From positions 1 to 26,237 of the forward strand of contig JAUNBO010000001.1 in the NCBI GenBank assembly GCA_030527065.1: a stretch of 26,237 nucleotides of DNA. The letters run 5' to 3'. Under the pieces are notes generated by a model. It made no database searches, was not told the origin of the DNA, and saw only the letters and a program-made list of their open reading frames with translations. The DNA is from Bacillota bacterium. Lineage in GTDB: Bacteria > Bacillota > Clostridia > Peptostreptococcales > Anaerovoracaceae. The number at the start of each line of letters is the position of its first letter. The stretch's first letter is position 1. Shown here piece by piece: positions 16,627-23,916 of the stretch. The position numbers and the translations under genes were made by a program.

Positions 16627-16654
16627 GCACTTTTGCGCAGAAATCGCATATCAT
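16627..16654 (+). promoter_or_regulatory. sigmaK/sigmaE-like sporulation promoter upstream of murA
   Basis: GCAC-16 nt-CATATCAT. 18 of 28 positions are identical to the element upstream of the Cys-rich gene. Confidence 0.6.
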
Positions 16655-16712
16655 GTAGAATAGCGCACTGGGTTATATGTTAATATGCGGTTCTGCGGAG
16701 GTGTCATGGTCT

Positions 16713-17969
16713 TTGGATAGTTATCACATAACAGGCGGGAAGCGTCTGGCGGGGGAACACCGGATCACCGGTGCAAAAAATGCCGTCCTTCCCATTCTTG
16801 CAGGAGCCGTGATCCCCGGCGGCGTCAGTAAAATCCGGAATTGTCCCAGACTGTCCGATGTGGACGCCATGGTCAGGATATTGGAAGGCATAGGCTGCCG
16901 GATCCGCCGGGAGGACGACAGCATAGAGGTGGACGCCGGCGGCGTGGATTCCTGCCGGATCCCGGAGCATCTCATGAAGGAGATGCGGTCCTCCGTATTT
17001 CTTATGGGCCCCCTCCTCGCCCGCTGCGGGGAAGTGGTCCTGAGCCATCCCGGGGGCTGTGAGATCGGCCGCAGGCCCATAGACATCCACATTTCCGCAC
17101 TGCGGAAGCTGGGGGTGGAGATACGGGAGACGGACGGGGGCCTGGCATGCCGGGCCGCAAACCTGAAGGGTACGGAGATCCGCCTGGAGTTTCCCAGCGT
17201 GGGGGCCACGGAAAACCTGATGATGGCCGCCGTGGCCGCCAGGGGGGAGACCCGCATCCTGAATCCGGCCAGGGAGCCGGAGATAAGAGATTTACAGGAT
17301 TATCTGGTCAGCTGCGGGGCTTCTGTAGAGGGAGCCGGCGGGCCGGTGATACGGGTCCGGGGAGCGGGGCCTCTGAAAGGCGCCGAGCACAGGGTGATGC
17401 CGGACCGCATAGAGGCGGGGACGCTGCTGGCGGCAGCCGCCATTACCGGGGGACAGGTGCTTCTGACGGGAGCGATGCCGGAGGATATGGAAGCCGTTCT
17501 GGAGAAATTCCGGGAGGCGGGCTGCCTTCTCCGGACGGAGGGAGATAAGATAGAACTTTCCAGCCCTCCCAGACTCCGGGCCGTGGATTCTGTGGTGACC
17601 CAGCCTTATCCGGGCTTCCCCACGGATATGCAATCTCAGTTCCTGGCCCTGATGACTGTGGCCCGGGGCGAGTGCCGCATCCGGGAAACTATTTTTGAGA
17701 ACCGTTTCAAGCCGGCGAAGGAGCTGCTGCGCATGGGGGCCGACATACGCATAGAGGGTCCTGTGGCGGTGGTCCGGGGCGTAGAGGCTCTCCGGGGGGC
17801 CAGAGTGGCCGCAGGAGACCTGAGGGGGGGCGCTGCCCTGACGGTGGCGGGCCTGGCGGCCCCGGGAGAAACTTTCGTAGAAAATGTTTGCCACATAGAC
17901 AGGGGATATGATAAATTAGAAGTGACCCTGCGAAAGCTGGGGGCTGAAATAAGGCGGATCGAAGAATGA
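16713..17969 (+). CDS. murA: UDP-N-acetylglucosamine 1-carboxyvinyltransferase MurA
   Basis: GAKNAVLP, MRSS, PGGCEIGRRPIDIH (catalytic Cys), SVGATEN, PGFPTDMQ, DLRGGAAL, HIDRGY. TTG start at 16713 follows SD GGAGGTG. Confidence 0.95.
   Translation: MDSYHITGGKRLAGEHRITGAKNAVLPILAGAVIPGGVSKIRNCPRLSDVDAMVRILEGIGCRIRREDDSIEVDAGGVDSCRIPEHLMKEMRSSVFLMGPLLARCGEVVLSHPGGCEIGRRPIDIHISALRKLGVEIRETDGGLACRAANLKGTEIRLEFPSVGATENLMMAAVAARGETRILNPAREPEIRDLQDYLVSCGASVEGAGGPVIRVRGAGPLKGAEHRVMPDRIEAGTLLAAAAITGGQVLLTGAMPEDMEAVLEKFREAGCLLRTEGDKIELSSPPRLRAVDSVVTQPYPGFPTDMQSQFLALMTVARGECRIRETIFENRFKPAKELLRMGADIRIEGPVAVVRGVEALRGARVAAGDLRGGAALTVAGLAAPGETFVENVCHIDRGYDKLEVTLRKLGAEIRRIEE
17888..17917 (+). promoter_or_regulatory. 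Candidate internal sigmaA promoter for ftsQ in the murA 3' end
   Basis: TTGCCA, 18 nt, TAAATT, with TG in the extended -10 position. Confidence 0.35.
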
Positions 17970-18715
17970 CTGAGGAGAGACCCAGGAAAAAAAAGAAGAG
18001 AAGGAAAAAACATTATCTTTTGAGATTCATCCTGATCGTCCTGATCGGGGTGGGTCTTTATTTCTTCCTGACCTCGGACTTTTTCGCAGTGGAAGAGATC
18101 ATAGTGGAGGACAGCTCTTATTACACGGCGGGCCAGATCATAGAGCTGGCCGGGGCGGAGCGGGGTGTGAACCTCTTTGAAGCGGATGTGAAGGGAATGA
18201 AGGCGAGGCTGCTGGCGGACCCTTACATCAAAAGCGCATCGGTGAACCGGCAGCTTTTGGACAAGCTCATCCTCAGCGTGGAAGAGCGGGAGGAAAAAGC
18301 GGCGGCGCCTTTTGGGACAGGCTATGTGGTGATAGACGAAAACGGTATGGCCCTGCGGCTGACGGAGTCTGCTCCGGCCCTGCCTCTGCTGGAAGGGATG
18401 ACGATTTCGGCGGCGGAGCCCGGGGAACCCCTTCAGACAGAGGAAAACGCCAGGCTGAAGGGCACCCTCAGCCTGCTGGAGGCCATGGAAGAGGAGGATT
18501 TATACTTCAAAAAGGTAGAGGTTTCCAACCTTCTGGTGCGGGCTTACATTTATGACAATCTTTTTTGTGTGGGAGAGCCGGAAATCATACTGGAAAATAT
18601 GGACGGATTGCAGGAAGTGTTGTATGATTTATATATTCAGGGGATAGAACGGGGCACTATTTACGTAGGCAGCGACGGCTATTTTTCATATAGCCCCTCT
18701 GTGGATGCGGAATAG
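17966..18715 (+). CDS. ftsQ: Cell division protein FtsQ/DivIB
   Basis: Basic cytoplasmic tail (KKKRRKK), one TM segment, POTRA-like region (GVNLF...PYIKSASVNR...VEER). ATGA overlap with the murA stop. Confidence 0.88.
   Translation: MTEERPRKKKKRRKKHYLLRFILIVLIGVGLYFFLTSDFFAVEEIIVEDSSYYTAGQIIELAGAERGVNLFEADVKGMKARLLADPYIKSASVNRQLLDKLILSVEEREEKAAAPFGTGYVVIDENGMALRLTESAPALPLLEGMTISAAEPGEPLQTEENARLKGTLSLLEAMEEEDLYFKKVEVSNLLVRAYIYDNLFCVGEPEIILENMDGLQEVLYDLYIQGIERGTIYVGSDGYFSYSPSVDAE
18600..18628 (+). promoter_or_regulatory. Candidate internal sigmaA promoter in the ftsQ 3' end
   Basis: TGGACG, 17 nt, TATGAT inside an AT-rich stretch. Confidence 0.4.
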
Positions 18716-18738
18716 GGCGCAGCTTCGGGCTGCGGCCC
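18715..18738 (+). other. Small GC-rich hairpin after ftsQ
   Basis: CGCAGC/GCTGCG arms (18718-18723/18729-18734) with outer GGG/CCC. No U-tract. Confidence 0.4.
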
Positions 18739-18806
18739 CGGAAAAAGGAGAGCCGGGAACAGGCCTGCCGGGAGCGGGGACCGTCCGGTCAGGGGGAAGG
18801 GAGACC

Positions 18807-19583
18807 ATGGAAGGAGTAAAAAAGAAGAAGATCAGCGGCGTCGTCGTCATCGGCGTTCTCGCCCTCATCATCGGCGTGGTCCTGGCGATCCAGATAGACA
18901 CCACCCAGGGGGACGAGGTGGGCGGTCTTATCCCGGTAGGACAGGTCCAGAGCATGGAGGCGGAGCTGAAGGCGGTCAAGAAGGAGCGGGAGGACATCTA
19001 TCAGGAGCTTCTGGTCCTGGAAGAGCGCATGGCGGAGATAGAGGCGGAGAAGATCAGCGACGACGCCTTCTTGCAGTCCCTCTCTTCAGAGCTGGAGAGA
19101 TACCGGATGTATTCCGGCCTTTTGGATGTGAAGGGGCCCGGGATCATCATCACCGTGGACGACCCTGTGCCCACGGAGGAAAATCCCGGCGACGGCTACA
19201 GCGTCATCATGCTGCGCTACGACCTTCTGCTGAGCCTGGTGAACAAGCTGAAGGAGGCCGGGGCCGAGGCCATTTCCATCAACGGCCACCGCATCACCAA
19301 TACCACGGAGATCAGCCTGGCGGGAGACAATGTGAACATCAACGGGCAGGCCACGGCTCCTCCCTACACCATTGCGGCCATCGGGGACGCCGACACCATG
19401 GAATCGGCCATCACCATACGCCACGGCATCGTGGAGGTCATGCGTACCACCTATTTCCTTCAAGTGGACATCGTAAAACAGGAAGAGCTGACCATCACCC
19501 GGTACACCGGGGTCATCAACTTCCGTTATGCGGTGCCGGTGGCGGAAGAGGGCGGTACGGAAGGCTCCACCACGGCCCCGTAA
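18807..19583 (+). CDS. DUF881 family protein (YlxW/YlxX-like), first copy
   Basis: TM segment, coiled coil, GLLDVKGPGIIITVDD and LVNKLKEAGAEAISING. ATG 18807 follows SD GGGAG. Confidence 0.88.
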   Translation: MEGVKKKKISGVVVIGVLALIIGVVLAIQIDTTQGDEVGGLIPVGQVQSMEAELKAVKKEREDIYQELLVLEERMAEIEAEKISDDAFLQSLSSELERYRMYSGLLDVKGPGIIITVDDPVPTEENPGDGYSVIMLRYDLLLSLVNKLKEAGAEAISINGHRITNTTEISLAGDNVNINGQATAPPYTIAAIGDADTMESAITIRHGIVEVMRTTYFLQVDIVKQEELTITRYTGVINFRYAVPVAEEGGTEGSTTAP

Positions 19584-19597
19584 GGCGGTGATGAGAG

Positions 19598-20326
19598 ATG
19601 AAGGCCTGGATGCCGCTGATTTTTCTGTTTTCTCTGGGGATGGGGTTCCTCCTGGTCACCCAGAGCTCCGTCTCCGGAGGACAGCACCTCTATGTGTCCG
19701 CCAGCTCTCTGGACTACTATGCGGTCAATATTGAGGCGGAAAAGGAGACCATAGAGACTTACCGGACCCTGTTGGAAGAGACCCGGCTGCGGTTGGAAGA
19801 GCTGGAGAGTATGGACGAAGGGGACGAGCAGGAGGCTTATCTGGCAAGCCTCCAGTCGGAGCTGGAGCTTTACGCCATGGCCTCCGGCAGTCTGGCGGTC
19901 CAGGGGCCGGGGGTGAGCATCCTCGTCGACGATGGGGAGGGGGAGCTCATGTCCTGGAATGTGAACGATATCCTGGTCCACGATCTGGACCTCCTGCTGA
20001 TCCTCAACGAGCTGAAATATGCCGGGGCGGAGGCCATTTCCGTCAACGGGCAGAGGATCGTGGACAGCACCTCCATCACCTGCTCCGGATACACGGTACG
20101 CATCAACGGCATCGTTTATGCGCCGCCGTATGAGATAAAGGCCATCGGAGACAGCGCCCGTCTCTCTTCGGTCCTGGTGGGACCCAACGGCTACGGCACC
20201 CTGCTCAGCGAGGTGTACGATCTGGTGTTCCGCCTGACGGTGGAAAACAACGTGGTGATTCCGGCGTATACGAGGGCGCGCACCTATCAATATGCCGAGA
20301 TTGCCAGAGAGGGGGAAGGGAATTGA
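19598..20326 (+). CDS. DUF881 family protein (YlxW/YlxX-like), second copy
   Basis: TM segment, coiled coil, VQGPGVSILVDD and VHDLDLLLILNELKYAGAEAISVNGQR. Confidence 0.88.
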   Translation: MKAWMPLIFLFSLGMGFLLVTQSSVSGGQHLYVSASSLDYYAVNIEAEKETIETYRTLLEETRLRLEELESMDEGDEQEAYLASLQSELELYAMASGSLAVQGPGVSILVDDGEGELMSWNVNDILVHDLDLLLILNELKYAGAEAISVNGQRIVDSTSITCSGYTVRINGIVYAPPYEIKAIGDSARLSSVLVGPNGYGTLLSEVYDLVFRLTVENNVVIPAYTRARTYQYAEIAREGEGN

Positions 20327-20694
20327 TTTTTATCGTAATGCTCCTGGGACTGATATTGGGGCTGGTCCTGGGCTTTGTCCTGAACATCACATATCCCACG
20401 GAGTATTCCTTTTACATCACCATGGGGTTGCTGGCAGCTATGGACTCGGTCCTGGGGGCGGCCCGTTCGTACATGGAGGGGAAGTACAACAACCTGATCT
20501 TCATCAGCGGCTTCGTGGTCAACGCCCTGCTGGCGGGGGTCCTGGTGTATCTGGGAGACCGCCTTGGAGTGCCTTTGTACTATGCGGTCATACTGGTATT
20601 CGGCGGCAGGCTGTTCCAGAATCTGGCGGTGATCCGCCGGCTGGCCCTGGACCGGTACCTGACAAAAAAGAACACGGAAGAAAACAAGAAATAG
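20323..20694 (+). CDS. sbp: Small basic protein Sbp (DUF1290 family)
   Basis: GLLAAMDSVLGAARS, FISGFVVNALLA, LGDRLGVPLY, FGGRLFQNLAVIRR. Usual position after the DUF881 pair. TTG start overlaps the upstream TGA. Confidence 0.9.
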   Translation: MIFIVMLLGLILGLVLGFVLNITYPTEYSFYITMGLLAAMDSVLGAARSYMEGKYNNLIFISGFVVNALLAGVLVYLGDRLGVPLYYAVILVFGGRLFQNLAVIRRLALDRYLTKKNTEENKK

Positions 20695-20714
20695 TAGCAT
20701 GTCCGGGACAGATG

Positions 20715-20723
20715 TGCTACAAT
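20715..20723 (+). promoter_or_regulatory. Extended -10 element upstream of ftsZ
   Basis: TG-C-TACAAT in the sbp-ftsZ gap. SD GGGGAGG at 20745-20751. Confidence 0.5.
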
Positions 20724-20759
20724 TAGTATATCCGAGTATAAAAAGGGGAGGATCAGTCC

Positions 20760-21944
20760 ATGCTGCAATTTGAGATGGCGGAGCAGAAAAATGCACAGAT
20801 AAAGGTTCTGGGAATTGGCGGGGGCGGCTGCAACGCCGTGAACCGAATGATAGATGCGGGGATGAACGGAGTCACCTTTCTGGCCCTGAATACGGACAAG
20901 CAGGCTCTGGGGAACTGCAAGGCGGAAATCAAGATCCAGCTGGGAGAAAAGCTGACCAGAGGCCTGGGAGCCGGCGGCAATCCGGAGGTGGGGCAGCGCT
21001 CCGCTGAGGAAAGCCTGGAGGAAGTGCTCAAATACATAGACGAAAGCAATACGGATATGGTGTTCCTCACCGCAGGCATGGGCGGCGGCACGGGCACCGG
21101 CGCGGCGCCGGTCATCGCCAAGGCTGCCAAGGACAAGGGCATACTCACCGTGGGAGTGGTCACAAAGCCCTTCACCTTTGAGGGACCCACCCGGCGGAAG
21201 CAGGCGGAGCTGGGGATCAAATTCCTGAAAAAATATGTGGACTCCCTGGTCATCGTCCCCAACGATAAGCTCTTACAGATTTCGGATAAAAGCACCTCCA
21301 TGCTCCAGGCCTTCAACATGGCCGACGAGGTCCTGAGACAAGGGGTCCAGGGCATTGCGGAGCTCATCGCCGAGGCGGGGCTCATCAATCTGGACTTTGC
21401 GGACATCAAGACGGTGATGAGCGACCGGGGCGTGGCCCACATGGGCGTGGGCAGAGGCTCCGGCGAGGACCGGGTGGCCAAGGCGGTAAAGGAAGCCATA
21501 GAGAGTCCTTTGCTGGAAACCACCATCAACGGCGCCAAGGCCATCCTGCTCCATGTCTGCGGCGGCTACGACCTGGGCATGCTGGAGACCAACGAGGCGG
21601 CGGACCAGATAGAGAAGTCCGCCGACCAGGACGCCATCATCATCTTCGGCGCCTCCGTAAAGGAAGAGCTGGCGGACGAGATCATCATCACCGTCATCGC
21701 CACGGGCTTCGACGAAGAAGGAGAAGGGCTGGCGGAGGTCCGGAGCAAGATGGGCGAGCTGGACCCGGAGAGAGGGCTGGCGGCCAGGATGCGGCAGGGG
21801 ACCGGACCGGTCCGGCCGGAGGAAGAGGGAGCGGAGCAGCCGGAAGAGACCGGCGTGGAAGGGGCTTCGGCCTCCGACGAGATATTCAGCAGAGACACGG
21901 GATTTTTTCAGGTGCCCTCCTTTTTGGACAAGGGAAAGAAATAG
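20760..21944 (+). CDS. ftsZ: Cell division protein FtsZ
   Basis: [26 protein letters not shown], tubulin signature [15 protein letters not shown], acidic linker and C-terminal peptide QVPSFL. Confidence 0.98.
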   Translation: MLQFEMAEQKNAQIKVLGIGGGGCNAVNRMIDAGMNGVTFLALNTDKQALGNCKAEIKIQLGEKLTRGLGAGGNPEVGQRSAEESLEEVLKYIDESNTDMVFLTAGMGGGTGTGAAPVIAKAAKDKGILTVGVVTKPFTFEGPTRRKQAELGIKFLKKYVDSLVIVPNDKLLQISDKSTSMLQAFNMADEVLRQGVQGIAELIAEAGLINLDFADIKTVMSDRGVAHMGVGRGSGEDRVAKAVKEAIESPLLETTINGAKAILLHVCGGYDLGMLETNEAADQIEKSADQDAIIIFGASVKEELADEIIITVIATGFDEEGEGLAEVRSKMGELDPERGLAARMRQGTGPVRPEEEGAEQPEETGVEGASASDEIFSRDTGFFQVPSFLDKGKK

Positions 21945-21983
21945 GAATAACAGGGGCGGAAGCAAAAAACGAACATTCACAGG

Positions 21984-22011
21984 AGAAGCCGGCAATTCCG
22001 GCTTCTTTTTT
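21984..22011 (+). terminator. Intrinsic terminator after ftsZ
   Basis: AGAAGCCGG-CAATT-CCGGCTTCT followed by a T-tract to 22011. Confidence 0.88.
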
Positions 22012-22028
22012 AAGAAAAGGGAAACACC

Positions 22029-22862
22029 ATGCAGAGCATCACTTCCAGACAGAACCCGCTGCTGAAGCAGACCATAAAGCTCAAGGCCAGGAAGCAGCGG
22101 GACAAAGAGGGCCTGTACATCATAGAGGGCTACCATCTGCTTTGGGAAGCCGTGAACGGCGGAGTGCCTCTCCGTCATGTTTTTTTTCAGGAGACTCCCT
22201 GCGGAGCGCCCTTGCGGGAGAGCCGGGAACTGGCGGCGGCCCTGGAAGAAAAGGGGGTTTTTACGGCCTGCCTGCCGCCGGAGCTCTTCGCCCTGGCGGC
22301 GGAGGCGGAGACGCCTCAGGGAGTCCTGGCTGCGGCGGAAAAGCCCAGGGCGGCGGGGGACTGGTTCCCCCGGGACCGGAGGCAGGGCGGCGGCAACGTC
22401 CTGGTGGCGGACCGGATACAGGACCCGGGAAACATGGGGACCCTGATCCGCACTGCCGACGCCGCCGGCTGCCTGGGAATGATCGTGCTGAAGGGCACGG
22501 TGGACGTATACAGCCCCAAGGTGGTCCGCAGCGCGGCGGGCTCCCTTTTCCGGCTGCCCCTGCTTTTCCTGGACACGCCGGAGCAGGCCCTGAAAATTTT
22601 GCGGGAAAATGGGAAACGCAGCGTTTGCACAGGGCCCTGTTGTGATGTATACTATTATGATGTAGATATGCGGGAAAACGTGGCCCTCATCATCGGCAAC
22701 GAAGGCGAAGGAGCCTGCCGGGCTTTTATGGAGGGGGCGGACGTTTCGGTAAAGATACCCATGGCGGAGGGGACGGAGTCCCTGAACGCCGCGGTGGCGG
22801 CGGGGGTCCTGCTCTACGAATCCGTCAGACAGAGAAGCAAAAAAATGGTCCCAATGAAATAG
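22029..22862 (+). CDS. TrmH/SpoU-family RNA 2'-O-methyltransferase
   Basis: ITSRQNP, YIIEGYHL, IQDPGNMGTLIRTADAAG, IIGNEGEG, IPMAEGTESLNAAVA (SPOUT motifs). Substrate not determinable. Confidence 0.93.
   Translation: MQSITSRQNPLLKQTIKLKARKQRDKEGLYIIEGYHLLWEAVNGGVPLRHVFFQETPCGAPLRESRELAAALEEKGVFTACLPPELFALAAEAETPQGVLAAAEKPRAAGDWFPRDRRQGGGNVLVADRIQDPGNMGTLIRTADAAGCLGMIVLKGTVDVYSPKVVRSAAGSLFRLPLLFLDTPEQALKILRENGKRSVCTGPCCDVYYYDVDMRENVALIIGNEGEGACRAFMEGADVSVKIPMAEGTESLNAAVAAGVLLYESVRQRSKKMVPMK
22625..22653 (+). promoter_or_regulatory. Candidate internal sigmaA promoter for pheST within the methyltransferase gene
   Basis: TTGCAC, 17 nt, TATACT in a conspicuously AT-rich patch. Confidence 0.5.
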
Positions 22863-22877
22863 GAGGATAGAGGAAAG

Positions 22878-23903
22878 ATGCAACAGAACAGATTGAAGGA
22901 GATCCTGCAGGAAGCCAGGACACAGCTGCAGAAGGCCGGCTCTCTGCCGGAGGCGGAAGAGCTGCGGGTGAGATTTCTGGGAAAGAAGGGCGAGCTGACG
23001 GAGATCCTTCGCTCCATGGGCTCTCTGGACCCGGAAGAGAGGAAGGAGCTGGGCCAGGCGGCCAACAGCGTGAGGAAAGAAATAGAAGGGCTGCTGGAAG
23101 AGCGCTTCGCCGCCCTGAAGGATGCGGGGAAGGCCATGCGCTTTAAAGCGGAGCGCATAGACGTAACGGAGCCCGGCCGGCCGGCAGCCCTGGGGGCCCT
23201 GCATCCTATTACCGTTACCATAGAGGAGCTCTGCCGCATCTTCATGAGCATGGGCTACAGCATTACCGAGGGGCCCGAGATAGAGACGGTATTCAACAAC
23301 TTCGACGCCCTGAACGCCGCTCCCACCCACCCCTCCAGAGATATGACGGACACCTTCTACATTACGGAGGACGTCCTTCTGCGCACCCACACCTCTCCGG
23401 TCCAGGTACGCACCCTGAAGAGGCAGAGCCCTCCCATCAAGGTCATTTCCCCCGGGCGCTGCTTCCGCTTCGATACTCCCGACGCCACCCACTCCCCCAT
23501 GTTCCATCAGGTGGAGGGGCTGCTGGTGGATGAGGGCGTCACCATGGCGGACCTGAAGGGAACCCTGGACTGCTTTGCCAAGGAGACCTTCGGCGCCTCT
23601 ACCCGGACCCGTTTCCGTCCCCACTACTTCCCCTTTACGGAGCCCAGCGCGGAGATGGACGTGTCCTGCTTCAAATGCGGCGGCGCCGGCTGCCGGGTAT
23701 GCAAGGGCAGCGGCTGGATAGAGGTCCTTGGCTGCGGCATGGTCCATCCCAATGTCCTGAAAATGAGGGGGCTGGATACCGAAAAGTACACGGGTTTTGC
23801 CTTCGGCATGGGCGTGGAGCGCATAGCCATGCTGAAGCACGGCGTGGAGGACATCCGGCTCTTTTACGAAAACGACGTCCGCTTCATAGAGCAGTTCAGG
23901 TAA
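22878..23903 (+). CDS. pheS: Phenylalanine--tRNA ligase alpha subunit
   Basis: FLGKKG, NFDALN, HPSRDMTDTFY, LRTHTSPVQ, SPMFHQVEG, RPHYFPFTEPS, GFAFGMGVERIAM. Confidence 0.98.
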   Translation: MQQNRLKEILQEARTQLQKAGSLPEAEELRVRFLGKKGELTEILRSMGSLDPEERKELGQAANSVRKEIEGLLEERFAALKDAGKAMRFKAERIDVTEPGRPAALGALHPITVTIEELCRIFMSMGYSITEGPEIETVFNNFDALNAAPTHPSRDMTDTFYITEDVLLRTHTSPVQVRTLKRQSPPIKVISPGRCFRFDTPDATHSPMFHQVEGLLVDEGVTMADLKGTLDCFAKETFGASTRTRFRPHYFPFTEPSAEMDVSCFKCGGAGCRVCKGSGWIEVLGCGMVHPNVLKMRGLDTEKYTGFAFGMGVERIAMLKHGVEDIRLFYENDVRFIEQFR

Positions 23904-23916
23904 GGAGGGCAGAAAC

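Noticed and set aside
12971-16654. 1227-aa minus-strand ORF spanning murD-ftsW-murG
   Set aside because: All three sense genes share one frame (starts are 2 mod 3) and the ORF is in exact codon register with them. Antisense stops need sense TTA/CTA/TCA codons, which are rare in this GC-rich DNA. No protein-like motifs.
18705-18806. Longer upstream starts in the ORF track for the first DUF881 protein (also murE 9334, murF 10500, murA 16677)
   Set aside because: The extensions are non-homologous and mostly overlap upstream genes or intergenic structures, while the downstream starts have better SD sequences and match family N-termini.
21945-22028. T-box leader upstream of trmH-pheST
   Set aside because: The 84-nt gap is too short, has no T-box consensus, and the hairpin is an ordinary ftsZ terminator.
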